DNA of 64,000 bases from Lepidodermella squamata (lineage: Eukaryota; Animalia; Gastrotricha), in the NCBI GenBank assembly GCA_047495785.1, contig JBLDXI010000042.1, positions 2,170,001-2,234,000 of the forward strand, written 5' to 3'. The first letter of the stretch is position 1. Every line of letters starts with the position of its first letter. Positions 1-12,694 of this stretch are shown here, in pieces. The notes under the pieces were generated by a model, which saw only the letters and a list, made by a program, of their open reading frames with translations, ran no database searches and had not been told where the DNA came from. The position numbers and the translations under genes are program-made.

Positions 1-2364
1 AGCTCATCATTGTTAAGGTCAACATCAAGTTTCGCTAGACATTCTTCCATTTCCTTCTCAAGGTTTCTGCAGGCCAGTACCAGGGGTTCGCCGTTAGCTA
101 ACAATTTTCTACAAATATTATATATTTGAAGATAAGCTTCCCAAGTAGCTTTCGGAAGGCCAAGACCACGATGTTTACGAGCAGCATAGAAGAAGCTAGT
201 GGGCGTGCTTGTAGGCAAACCGACGCATTCTTTAACGACGCTACGCATAATGACGTCAACGGATTCCAAAAATGTTTTCCTGATCGCTTTAATTGGCGCC
301 GTTTGAAACGGATAAATAAGCTTTGGCCAGATGAACTGGGTCAAAATAGTCAGTTTTTGGTCTGCTAGTAATAGGTTCGAATTTGCTAGCAGTTCTAGTT
401 GTTCCTTCAGTTCAGAGATGACGGCTGCTTCGTCAAACACAATTTCATCATGGAAGGTGACGCCAAGATACTTGATCGTTTCATCGTTTTTGATTGCCGG
501 AATGGAATCTCCGTTGCTTAAAATCAAAGGATCGCAGGATAAAACACCATTTTCCACGATAATCGCTGCGCATTTCTTTACGTTAACTTCCAAGCCTATT
601 TGAGAGAAGAGGTTTCGAGCCATTTCGACGAGTGTTGCAGCGGAATCACGACTATTTCCGACTGGGGCCGAGCACTGAAACGTTTGCTAGTTCTGATGAA
701 AGCTTAAAACCATAGGCATCAGCTACTTCTTTTTCTGACAATTCACGAAGGACAAAATCGATACAAAGGTTGAAGATGGTTGGTGAGATTGGTGAGCCTT
801 GCATAACTCCTCTTTGAAATGAGATTTTAGAAGTTTTGTGACCATTTGCCTCGATCTGAGTGGAATTATGATTAATTAGCTCCAGAATCATTTCACGCAG
901 GTTGCTTGGTATCGGTAATGTTTCCAGAGTGCGCTGAATGTGCTCAAAGCCAATGTTGTCAAAGGCTTTTGCCAGATCCAGAAAGGTTACAACGCATGTA
1001 GACTTTTCTGCCTTCGCTTTTCTTAGACAACCGGAAACAATCGAAGAGTTTATATGTGTACCGGCGCATGATGTAAATCCACGCTGGTTAGACGAAAAAC
1101 TTACGTATTCTCGTAGTCGTCGATCAAGCATTCGTTCGAAAACCCTTCGAACAAGTGAGGTTATCGTAATTGGACGCCAGTTGTTTGGGTCACCCAAATC
1201 TCCAGATTTGTCGATCAACACTGTTCTTGCTAATTTGAGGCTCCTCGGAAGCATTTTCCTTTTCAGCATGGAGTTGTATATGAGGACAAGAACGTCAATG
1301 CAGCCTTCCGCATGAAGTACTCTCATTAGTGTTCTGTCTGGTCCAGGAGATGTATCAAGTGCTATCCCGGCCGCGGCGGCTTTTACTTCGTCAGCGCTTG
1401 TTTCGGATTCGAAAGTAGAGTCAATTTTTGTTTGTTCGTCTACTGTCATCGCATTGTCGTAGAAAGGTCGTGTCGAGTCATTAGCTTTTCCCCATCGTGT
1501 TGCGAAAAAAGAATTAATTTGACTTATCGGTATTAGGCAACCTTTGGACTTGGCCTTGCTGGTCACTAATCTTGCGACTTGACGCCGCCGATTGTAGAAG
1601 AGGTATTGAGCCAGTTCGTATTCGTATTGATGTCTAGATTTTTCTCTCGATCGCTTTGCTGCTCTGGCAGGATTCGACGATGCCTTAAAGTTTTTCTTCG
1701 ATGGCGAGTTTTTGTTCTTTCTCTTTTTCTTTCGGGCAGCGACATATTTTCGAGCCGGGTGCTTAGGGCCCGGTAAATCGTCAATAACATTAGGGAGGTT
1801 CTCCATGAATTCTGACACAGCTTCGTCGAATTCTTCATCGGAACAGTTACTAGTTATCACAGTTTTGAATTTGACGCTCCATTCAGCAAAAAAAGAAACT
1901 TGTTTCTTTGATTTGGTCATCTCGGTACGATCTTCTTTTTCGATTCCAACAGTTGTAGTAGTTGTAGATCTTGCAAACTTTTCGACCGTTTCTTTCCGAC
2001 GCTGACCTGGATGGGATCGGGTGATGTGTTGAGCTAAACCTTTATTCGTAGCAAATTTGCGATCACAGTGAGAACATTCCACTGTAGGTTCCACTACGTG
2101 ATTCTCATTAGTTCCAGCAGTTTTATGTTTCATTCGAATGTGGCATCCAAGGCCTCTGTTATCGAGAAATTTAGCTTTGCAACCTTCTTCAGTGCAGACC
2201 ACCGTCTTTTCTTTTTTGGGTTTCTGAATCGAACTGGGTGCAGGTTGAGGGCTATCAGCTGGGTTGAAATCCAATGAAACCCTTGTCTCGTTCAGGACGT
2301 TTTCAACCTGAGCAACAACGACGCTGCCTGACCATACATGATCAATTGTTTCGTTTGATGATAC

Positions 2365-2409
2365 CGGGCCAGGGTTCATTTCAATGTCACCTGCAGTTAT
2401 GAGCAACAA
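2365..2409 (-). other. 2A-like ribosomal skipping peptide LLLITAGDIEMNPGP
   Basis: Matches the D(V/I)ExNPG-P consensus with a preceding hydrophobic stretch. Confidence 0.85.
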
Positions 2410-2418
2410 ATAGACCAA

Positions 2419-2943
2419 TTAATCTGCTTGGCCTCTTCCACGAATGAGCTTCCTGCGACATGAATACCGTATTATCAAGATGTCTTGCATTTGGAAACCG
2501 CTATGACGGGGCAATTGTACAGCTTTCATTGAATTAGATTCATAGTTAGATTGCAGTTTCTCACCCAAAGCAAAGCAAACAACAAGGATAACAAACCGGC
2601 GTTTAATGGCAGTTATCGACGACTGGCAAGGGCCACGACGTTTCTTCACGGTTCTTGGTGTTTCGAATTCAAGGCGTTTCGGTTTGAAGTTGGACAGAAG
2701 TTCGATTCTTGAGGATTCACCCACGGCAATAAGCAAAGTTCCAATGATTATTGTTGAGAGCATTACCAGCGAATTCAATGAAAATCGGAAAAGATGGAAA
2801 AAAGGTTCGAAAACATGTTCAATCCCACATAAATTTAAGACCAGCGTGTTGCTCGTAACGAGGCGAGCAATCTGGTCTACATCCCAGAGCAACCAGCCAG
2901 AGATAACCAGCAAAAAACCCCAGAAAACCGTTTTCCAGGTCAT
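2419..2943 (-). CDS. Hydrophobic ORF, in frame with and directly upstream of the 2A-RT ORF
   Basis: 174-aa ORF with 2-3 hydrophobic segments. A single TAA (2419-2421) separates it from LVYLLLITAGDIEMNPGP. Confidence 0.45.
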   Translation of the reverse strand: MTWKTVFWGFLLVISGWLLWDVDQIARLVTSNTLVLNLCGIEHVFEPFFHLFRFSLNSLVMLSTIIIGTLLIAVGESSRIELLSNFKPKRLEFETPRTVKKRRGPCQSSITAIKRRFVILVVCFALGEKLQSNYESNSMKAVQLPRHSGFQMQDILIIRYSCRRKLIRGRGQAD

Positions 2944-3582
2944 TTTTGAAAGTTAAGACAATAAAATTGATGTTGCTTTTAGGATAGAATTTTCAAATCA
3001 CTAATAATCACTAATCAAATCACTAATAATAATCCAGATTTTCTGGTCGACAATTCTTGAATTTTCCACTCTATGTGATTTTTCTAAATGACTTTTTAAA
3101 GTTCTTCAAATTTATTTCCCACCCGTGTTGCGTAATCACGAAGAATCGTGTCCTTGTTTTCAGATTTAATTGAATTTAGCTACATAGATTAATTCTCATA
3201 ATAAACCGTTATCATTCGTTCGAGTTGTCCTGAGTTATTGGATATTTCAGCCGATTTTTGAAAGTCGATAGGCCTGATCTAGCATGCAACTCGCTGCCAC
3301 TAATTAACGATTTCATTGCTCAGCGCCCTGGCAATTTTCCCGGTTTTTTCACAACTTTTTATGATTCGAGTTTGACATTGAAAATGGCAACATCCCGAGA
3401 AGGGGCGGCGGGAGCTTCTGCCCGATTTTATAACTTGCTCTGATCTTAATAGGGCAGTCGAATGAAAATCAAACCCCGCCTGAGAAGATAATAATGCCGG
3501 GGGAACCCCCGTACTGTCGCCATTCGTGTCGTGGACATCTTTGTTTCTTTGTTTGTATGTATGCACCCATGTGCACTGCTTG

Positions 3583-3700
3583 ACTACACGCCTACGTACA
3601 CGCCTACATTCTACGCGCCGAATTGCGGCTCCGAATGTCGAGGAAAAGGAAAGCCTCATCGTACACGCCTATTGACTACACGCCTACGTACACGCCTATA
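3583..3700. repeat. Short degenerate TACACGCCTA(C) repeats
   Basis: About 5-6 copies in two clusters. Confidence 0.6.
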
Positions 3701-3939
3701 TAACGCAATGTGCAAACCAAGACTACCCGCCTACATCACTCCAGAGCCAAAAAAGAAGTCATTCCAACCACTAGCCACTGGAACCTTAAATTGCCGGGTA
3801 AACCTTTGCGCACGGACGGAAAATAATTGCTTCTTGCTTCGCGATTGGCGCGAGTTTCGCGAGTTCACACTTCACCCAGCGCTCACATCATACGTGATAC
3901 GAACCAAACCGTTAACCGTAGCCAAAGTTCATGCCGTCT

Positions 3940-4365
3940 TACGAAATTTTGCCGTGAAGGCCTCGTAAAACTGCGGCAAAATTTGCATTATATACGTAAG
4001 GGGCAGTAGCTCGTTCGAAACCGTGTGCTTCAATGCTCCGGAGGCAACGATTTCCACTTTCGTTGCTCTGAGGCAACCATGGTGTTGCCGGAAGATGCAT
4101 TAGACTCGGTCCTAACCAATTTGGCTTTAACGTTGTTTTCCTCGACAGTCGTGGCCGAAAGTTGACGCGTGGAAGTCGGCTTGTTGCGTTGCTGCTGCCG
4201 TATGAGCACCACGGCGTCATAACGGCGTGGTCTCAGAGCCACGAAAGTGGAAATCATTGACTCCGGAGCATCGGAGCACACGGTTTCGAACGAGCTACTG
4301 CCCCTTACGTATATAATGCAAATTTTGCCGCATTTTTACGAGGCGATCACGGCAAACTTTCGGTA
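3940..4365. mobile_element. MITE-like element with ~110-bp inverted termini; related partial copies near 4550-4605 and 4940-4995
   Basis: ggcaaaatttgcattatatacgtaaggggcagtagctcgttcgaaaccgtgtgct is inverted at about 4275-4330. Confidence 0.75.
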
Positions 4366-4804
4366 AAAGACTTCAACAAATGTCTCCGTCTCTAATCAAC
4401 GATCAACAAGTGTCCGAATCGATGGCAGATTCAGTGTTTTCTTAGTCTTAGGCGAGGGCCGAGGCTGGAACTCAATGACATTTTGTGATGTGCTCAAATC
4501 GACGAACGAATTCGGTCCAAGAGAGCCCCGTGCGGAGATTAACGAAAGTGTATCGTTGACTCCGGAGCATTGAAGCACACGGTTTCTGAACGAGCTGCCC
4601 CGCACAACTTCATTGCAATCTCAAAGAGGGTGTTGCGGCGATTAGTTTGAAGGATCTTGTTTTCCGCAATCGCCTGTACGTCAGTCGGGCTATTTCGGTG
4701 AATCAGCACTGCCTTTCAGGACATATAAGTCAGTAAAGCGACGTCGGACGTGGGTTAATTTCGGATTTCGCCTGCGGCACGGTTCGACTGATACTGATTG
4801 GCAA

Positions 4805-5528
4805 CAGTAGCGCCGGGAGAACCGATTTGACATCTTTCTCTGAATTCAAACAGTGTATTGTTTACACTATTACGTGGATAAAATTGTTATTTATGAGTCG
4901 TTAGACGAGTAAACTCAATAGTGGCTTCGAGTTCAACTGCGGCAAACTTTGTATTACGTGCAGGGCAGCTCGTTCAGAAACGATGTGCTTCGATGGTCTG
5001 TTGTCGACGATACAATTTTGTGGTCCGAATTAGACTCGATCCCAACAAATGAGGCTGGAGGTGATAGGATGTGGCTTTAGAACGATTTTTCATATGTTCG
5101 CTCGTTTTGATGGAGTTCGCTCTTACTCAGTGATCGGAAGCACCGATTACTTTTTGTGCGGTATGACTATAGGCCTAAACTTTTATGTGTGAAACAAATC
5201 CTGAACGACGCCGCTGTTGATTTGAAATGATGGAAATTTAGGTTTAACTTTCACGCGCGTGGAGGAAATCGTCGACGAAGACACCTTTGCTTGGATCGAG
5301 CAAAATCCGGAAGTAGGCTTGATCCAAGGCCATAGTTGCCTCAGAACAAGAAAAGTGTAGTGTTGGCTCATCAAGTAATATCAATCTCGTTATCTCGTTA
5401 AACTTTTTTCTTGAGTTTACTCGTCTAACGACTCATAAATAACAATGTTATCCACGTGTAAACAATACACTTTTGAAGGTTTAGGAATTCAAAGAAAGGT
5501 GTCAAATGGGTTCCCCCGGCGCTACTGT
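4805..5528. mobile_element. MITE-like element with ~115-bp imperfect inverted termini
   Basis: 4805-4918 (cagtagcgccggg...ttgttatttatgagtcgttagacgagtaaactcaa) is inverted at 5411-5528. Confidence 0.7.
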
Positions 5529-6715
5529 AGCAGCTATGCTGCTGCTGTTGCCAATTCATTCGATTCAATCTAAACGCCTATCAAATCAGTGTTTCCTTTT
5601 GACGTCTTATGCCTTACGAGGTCCGTCATAGCTCAATGTCATTAATTCGATGAAATTCGAGAATGACAGAGGCAGCTTAACTGCGTAAAAAATCGAAAAT
5701 ATTTAATATTTCATCAAAATTGTCAACATTTCATATTACATTTTAGGCGAATTTTCTGAATTGAAATTTGCTGTTGATTTTTCAGAGAAATATCCGAAAA
5801 GTAATTTCAGGCCACTCCTAATTAAGATCAATCCTAATAATATTCATGAATACGAGTTTCCACAGGCCGCTGAAATTCCAGTGACGGCATCCTAATTTGC
5901 AGCCTCCTTAACCGGGTCAAAGCTTGGGATGGCCAAGGTGATTGAATTTTGAAGCTGGGATTTTAAATGAAATTTTTTGTTATTTCAATTGGACGAGCTG
6001 TGTGTATTTCATGTAAATTGAAGCAATGAGAATCCAGGTTCCGTTTTAATCGTAAGTTCATTAACCCCAAGCAGGACTGAAGATCAGAGTAAAATAACAA
6101 TGGCTAACCAGTCAAATCAAAGTCGCCCTGGTAACTAAGAAAAAAACTTGGCACTTATGACTCATCGCGTTATCATTTTGCAGAGCCTTCAGCGAGAAAG
6201 TTTTTCAAATACACATAATCCGTGTCCGTCTCTTTCAGCGCGTTGCCATGACAACTGTCTTAAGGCGTAGCAACAATCTATTTTTAGCTCCTGCATTCAA
6301 TTACAGCCCTCGTTATAGCTTTCCCTTGTTTAAAGAACGGGTCTGGCTCCCGACCCAGTGCCTTTACCGAGGGAGCACTGTATCGCCCTTCAAAGAGGGG
6401 ATGATCAACCCAGGAATCCGACTGTCTGATATTTATTGGCTTATTGGCGAGACCTCACTAATCGCTACCTAGCTGTCTGACTCAAGAGACCCCGCAAGCG
6501 ACCCCTAAGAACGCTCATTCGGGACCCATGGCCTCGGGCCATCCATTCAACGAATGGGACGTCTCAAGTATATCAAGGAATATTCAATTTTCCTTCAAGC
6601 TTCTCGTAGGACGCCCAAGCGTAAACGTTTATCGCCTTGAACAAAGTTAAGGAGTTCCCCGTCAACTGTCAAAGGCCGCTAGGCCGACAGTGGTAATTCT
6701 TCATTCTTTCCGAAT

Positions 6716-7134
6716 TTGGCGAAGAGAATTAAGGCGATTTCCGATCTGAGAGCTCAAGATGAAGATTCGAGTGAGCCTTTTCAAGTGAGCACGTACGGAT
6801 TGGGAGGTCGCTACAAGCCTCATTATGACTTCATCCACCCTCATCCCACTGGGAAATTGGGTGACAGACTTGCTACTCTGTTGATCTACCTCAATGACGT
6901 TGAGGCGGCGCGACGATTTTCAGCCATCTGAATCTACGAGTTGAGCCCGAAATGGGTACTGGGCTGTTTTGGTACAATGTCCAGTCGGATGAAACGGTTT
7001 ATCGTCGAACGTTGCATGGCGCGTGCCCTGTAATTCGGGGCGAGGAATTGGTCGTTAACAAAGGGTTCCGATTCCGCGGCCAATGGCGCAATATACTGTG
7101 TTCAAAGACAGCTTCGGCATGGATATTGTTTTAA
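6716..7134 (+). pseudogene. Prolyl 4-hydroxylase alpha (2OG-Fe dioxygenase) C-terminal fragment, frameshifted
   Basis: SEPFQVSTYGLGGRYKPHYD, DRLATLLIYLNDVE, TLHGACPVIRGE. Frameshift after DVE; no N-terminus seen. Confidence 0.85.
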
Positions 7135-7767
7135 AATATTGCGCGAGTCTGCCTAATATGCTCAACTGTTGAATGTTGAAGCTTCTCTGAGAGAGAAAAT
7201 AAGTGCGGTTTTCTTCCATTTTCGGAGACTAAACTCCCTTGCAAACAAACAGGATAGCGCGCTGCAAGCAGAACTTGCAAATCCTGGTAACCCAGTTACC
7301 GGGTAATCTTTCGCCACAAGGAAGTTTTAGAAAAACTACCGATTTCCCAGTCATATCCTAGTGGAATTAGGGTAAGGTTTTCCCTGTCATTTCCCTGCAT
7401 TTCTATAAAAACGGCTTCTATAAAAAGTCAACATTAGTCTCTTGACATTAGCAAACATTTCGACTTGGCGTTTGTAAGTCCAATTTTACCTTTTGAGTGC
7501 GCAATTAATGTTGGTGGCCGCACGAAGATAAGGATTGCCTTCGAAATAATATAGATTTCATCATTTGGTGAATTGGGTTTGAAAGTGAACGGAAAACTAG
7601 ATGACCATTTAAAGTTGGATATTTTCCAAGCTCAACTCCGGGCCCATCGTAGTTTCGTCCGGCCCGCACGCATCGGTTGCACAATTGGAGTTTAAAAGTG
7701 GACTATGTGATACAGTTATCTCGTAGTTATCTCGTTGTATCATCAATCGATAAATCAATAAATTATC

Positions 7768-8785
7768 TTTTCTCATTCATTCTCATTTTTATTGCAAATT
7801 GTTTTTCAACAGTTAGCAAATAGTTAAGTTTAGTTAGCAGAAAGCAGAGTTGTTAACCACGCAAGACGGCAGACGGTTCCACGCAGCACGCACGCGCCTG
7901 GAAAAGCTAAATTTATAGTTCAGGTTATTTCTAACCGCTTTCATCGTCATAGAATGAGGAGGAAGGCGAGAGTTTCGGGAGATTATAAAAAAGTCAGAGA
8001 AATTTATATCAATACAACCCTGATACATTTTATGCATTAGAATGAGGTCATGTTGGAAGCGGCGAACCTCTAGCGTCGTTAAGCCCAATTTCTGTAGACG
8101 TTCCTCATAAGATGCACCCTCGACCGTTTCGTGATACGAGCTTCGATAGAGTAGTCTTTTTGTGAACCGCTTTTGTACCGATTCAAGGTCATCAATATCC
8201 TGTAATGAAAAAGGCGAGTACACGGCTGGACAGAAGTCCAAACGAGATAATGTGTATGTTTTATACGCTCTAAATCGAGGGCCTCTTAGACGAAAACGAT
8301 TTGGCTATCATTCCATTAATACGATTACTTTTCGCTGCGAGAGACTGACAATGATCTGAAAAAGATAGCTTTGAATCGATAGTAACACCGAGATCTTTCA
8401 CTGAGTTGACAACTTGCAGGTCCACACCGTTGGTGCTAAATTGAAACGGAAATTCATTTTTGCCCATTCTCAGTACGACACATTTTTTAGAATTAACAGA
8501 CAATCCGTTATCGTCAAACCATTTGATTAACCGATCTAAGTCTTCCTGTAGTTCAAAGCAGTCTGTGAGATTACGAATGACCTTGTATAGCTTCGTGTCA
8601 TCAGCAAATAACTTCATAATCGATTTCAGAATACACGAGTTCACATCCGATGTGTATATCAGAAACAATATCGGACCAAGAACCGAGCCTTGAGGCACCC
8701 CGGAAGTTACGGGGGACCATTCCGAGGCTTCAGAGTTGACAATCACACGAAAGAAACGATCGGAAAGAATTTTTCTTATTCAGCT
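7768..8785 (-). mobile_element. 5'-truncated CR1/L2-type LINE RT fragment with frameshift
   Basis: SGVPQGSVLGPILF, LFADDTK, KDLGV, LESVQKRFTK, YEERL. It is absent at the paralogous site near 18345. Confidence 0.9.
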
Positions 8786-8996
8786 CTTATTCAGCTGCAG
8801 AAAACCTTGAAGGTAACGAATAAATTTGCACGATGTTAAGAATTCCTAGCGCTCAAATTTTCATTATCCAAGTCTCCAAACGAAAGTGATTTCGCCAAGA
8901 AAACTAGGAGAGTCTTAATTGGAAAATTAACGAGTTGTTTGCAGTCACGAACTGAGAATATCTAGTAGAAAATTGCATGTTTTTTGACATTTCGAA

Positions 8997-11900
8997 ATGA
9001 TAGCAAGACTTATTGTGCTTTTAGCGGGCGTAACCGCTTGCACAGCCCAGGCTACAGAAACTTGCCTCTGGAACTCAACTGTCTCGAAAATAACCACATT
9101 CAGCTTCAATACATACATGAATCGGAAGAATTTCACGCCGAACGCCTTCATTTCATTCGACCTGGGAACAACTATTTCAGTGAGTTGCGATGCTGATTTG
9201 AGTACTAGCTCGACAAAATGCTTGGACGGTGGCTGGTGGACAAAAAGCATCAACAAGTGCTCAGACTTTAGTATGTAAATTCGTGAAAAGTTGTTTCCTT
9301 CAACATTATGAGGCTATAGATTCCGTCAATCAAATGAGCAATCAAACATGCGATTGGCCAGTTGCGTTGAAAGCCGATCATAGGTACAAAATCAGCGTTG
9401 ATAACGAAGTGACTTGGACTGACGCTTCATCATTGAAAGCTAAACGCGGAGATGCGATCGTTAGAGATTTTTGCCCGTCTGGAGCTTACATTCAATCGAC
9501 CTGTATCAACGGCAAATTTCTGCCAGATCCTACTAATTTTGATTGTGGCGAACCCGGTGATAAACCTCCCTCGAAGCTCACAGCTTATTGGCCGCTGGCT
9601 AACGACACGTTGCTTAGAGCGGTTACTCAAGGCACACCAAGTTTCTCCGCCATGGATGGAGCAGCTTTAACAACTATAACATCAGGGAAATTATTGGAAA
9701 CAGGGTATAAGTTGGGTGGATCGAATGGCGGATGGTTAAAAGACATAGAAAGCGTCACACAAATATCCGGACAGATCTGGTCCATTGCAGTGTTAGCGAG
9801 AGGAGTCTTCCGCGGCGATCTGGTGGCGATCTCATCTGGGAACGTTGTTAACAAAGTATCAGTTATCGGTGGCACCGTGAACATCAACCTTCCAGGCAAA
9901 ATCACTCCTGTCCAAGATAACAACTTCGGTAATTTGAACGGCTGGTTACTGTATTTGGTTGGCCATGATGCGAAACTAGCTAAGGTTGTACTCGCCGTTG
10001 GCGGGAGTGTTAAAATAAACTCTGGAATTATAGCAGCCGGAAATGGGACCATTCCTAACACCGGGGTTGATATCACTCTCGGCGAAGCGTGAGTGGCAAA
10101 TGCATATCGTTAGCGGCGCGCCAAAACAACCACTTAGATGATTCATTCGATCGTACTTGAAGTCGCCGAACGTAATGATAAAGTACGATAGGCCATTTGA
10201 GCACTGATTTTTTTCTACTCTCGATCGTACTATCCATATAAAATCTATAAATAGTAAAGTGGTTGTTTTGACGCGCCGCTAACGATATGTTCTTACTCAA
10301 GTACTCAAGTAATTGCGCATTTTTAGCTCCAATTCCTCTGGGGCAATTTCTTGTCTCATGATGTTCAACTTTTTCTATTCTGATCGAGATTCAGCTGACA
10401 TACTCTCCCGGCAATGTAAATCAGGTTATACCGAGATTTTTCGAAAAGGTTCCGCTTCTCAAGATTGCCTTTCTAACAGCCGTTTTGTCTCCTGATACAT
10501 CGACTCCTAACTCTTGCCAAACCTGCGCTTGGAATTACGACGAAAATATGTCAATGAACATTGCAAACTTCCGTAAGTTGAGGAAAGTTTGCTTTCTCTG
10601 ATAAAAAGCTTCTGCTTTTAATGATAGACAAATTCTACCGCCGAGGAGCGGCGACGATAACGAGAAACGGCATGACGATTCGATTGGCTGCAATGGGCCA
10701 GCAAGGCGTAGTGTGGTCTCCTCTAGTAAGTATTGAAATCAAAGCTTTGAAACATCAATTTTCGGTCGAAAAACATTCAACAGATGTATTAAGTACCTAC
10801 GCTAACATTCGTTTTATTCAGACTTTTAAAGCATCGATCGATTTCCGCGCAGAATTCCATGTTTCAATTGACATCGCCAATGTTGACTTCGAAATTTGGT
10901 TTGTAGCAGCCCAGTCAATCGACCTGACAAAAGGATCAAGTGAAATCCGGGCCTTCAACGTGAAGATGGACTCATTTGCCGGAATGTTCGTTCGCCGATC
11001 AAAAACCGGTTATTACGAAATTCAATACTCTGGCAAGCCTGCGCCTCTTGCTAACTTGGTACTGGCAACCAATGTGAGCAAATCCTGCTCGCTCCAGATG
11101 CTTTATCTGGAAAAAGTCGGGAATAATCTAACCGTGTTCTGTCAGGACTCCAGCTACGCCACATTTGTAGTTTCTGTAGATATAAGTTCATTCAACTCGA
11201 TATCTGACGATATAGTTATGGGGGTTTACGCCCAGTATCAGATACATCTACTGGCTATCAAGACACAGGCCTATTTGCACCAAATCAAGTTCTACACCAA
11301 CGGCGCCGTTAGCACTACTTCAACGAGTACCACTAGTACCACTAGTACCACTATTATGACTAATTCCACTATGGTTATAAGTACCGCTGCTACCAATGAA
11401 TCTTCACCATCCAGTACTACTTCACTGATAATATCAGCATCTCCACCGATAACTTCATCACCTGACACTAATTCTGCAATGACAGCTACCACATCGATGC
11501 CCTTAACTCGAGATATCCCTATGACAACTACCGCAACGATGATGACCTCTAAGACGCTCTACACATACAAGGCAGAAATGAATATGATTATTGTCGGCGA
11601 TGTGTTTAATATTCCGAATTTTAACCTAACGATTTCGTCCCAGCCTTGGGATTCGAGCTTAGACAGACTTGGCTCCCCAAACTTCACCGCTCTAGCTGAC
11701 TTCATGATGCCACTTATTCGAAAGCAAGCTGATATTACCGGCGAACTATTGAGTTGTGAGGTACTTTGGGTGAATATCACTGGTTTCCGGAAGGGCAGCA
11801 TCATTTCGGATTACATTGTGGCTTTGAGGAGTTTGACACAGCTAACTGAGAGCGAAATTGCCGCGAAAGTCGCAATGGCCGCGGAGAAATTGAGGGAAAC

Positions 11901-12132
11901 GGCTAATGCGAAGCTGGCAAACGGACTCGAAGCATCACGATTAGGTGGAGTTTATATGAAAAAGATCGATGGACCTTTGCTCGCCACAAGATCCTCGATG
12001 GGCTCTACGAAACAACCCGTTGATACAGACAATCCATCGCATCAAGCCAATCACGGCACGAAATTTCACAATTTGAATAGAATCCTACTTTTGATTTCAT
12101 TTTCGACTATTCCTTTTGTATTCACTGATTAA
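8997..12132 (+). CDS. Surface glycoprotein paralog A1 (signal peptide, CCP-like x2, LamG-like, L-lectin-like, Thr-rich, SEA, hydrophobic/GPI tail); multi-exon
   Basis: Signal-like MIARLIVLLAGVTACTA, Cys-Trp modules, LTAYWPL, IRLAAMGQQGVVWS, Thr/Ser stalk, SEA cleavage-like FRKGSII and a hydrophobic C-terminus. Short GT-AG introns. Domain names are by-eye assignments. Confidence 0.75.
10107..10285. mobile_element. MITE in an A1 intron (TA or ATAT target duplication)
   Basis: TIRs tcgttagcggcgcgccaaaacaaccactt / aagtggttgttttgacgcgccgctaacga. The empty site gcatatgttc is present in A2 at about 19668. Confidence 0.9.
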
Positions 12133-12694
12133 TGGCGAATAAAAACCTTTCTATCAATATCTTTGGACTGGAAAAAAAGGTTTAGGAAACTAATACCTGA
12201 TCAAAATCGAATACAACATACTCGATGAAGTTCATTCAAGTTCCGTCACACCAGGTGTGAAAATCACCATGTCCCGGTCTTCCTCCAGTTCTATCTTTAG
12301 GCGATAATGGTCCCGCGAAAATATCAGCTGTTCAGTGTACGAAGTAGAATCTCCGAACCAACGATGTTGATTGTACGCAATTATTAATTCAAGAGCTTAA
12401 AGCTTTACAAACAAGCACCATTTTTTGTTAACCATCAACCCGACCGCACGACCACACCCAGCAAATAAAATAGTTGGACTTTGACACTGCAAATCGAACT
12501 TATAATGCTGCTGATACCTAACCCAATTATATCCAGTGATATACCTCTTTACATTTCATTAAATCACGTCTGAGATTTTCAAACTGACCTGACGAGTCGA
12601 CTATACCAGAACGAAAAGTCTTTTTTTAGTAAATTAACGAGGCTTTCACTTTCGCCAATAAGTGTTCTCGGAGAAATTTTGATGAATTTTCGAA

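Larger units (their letters stand above)
1..2943 (-). mobile_element. Non-LTR retrotransposon of the R2/NeSL (RLE-type) group, inactivated; 3' part continues beyond window start
   Basis: ORF 652-2418 has two C2H2 fingers (CTEEGC..HIRMKH, CSHC..HITRSH) and RT motifs SPGPD, WRPITI, NQRGF, FLDLAKAFD, QGSPISP. The RT continues in another frame below 665 (GNSRDSAATLVEMARNLFSQIGLEVNVKKC...KYLGV...HRGLGLP). Confidence 0.85.

Noticed and set aside
2944-3560. Possible HDV-like ribozyme or specific target site at the retrotransposon 5' end
   Set aside because: No convincing nested pseudoknot, rDNA or snRNA target could be recognised by eye.
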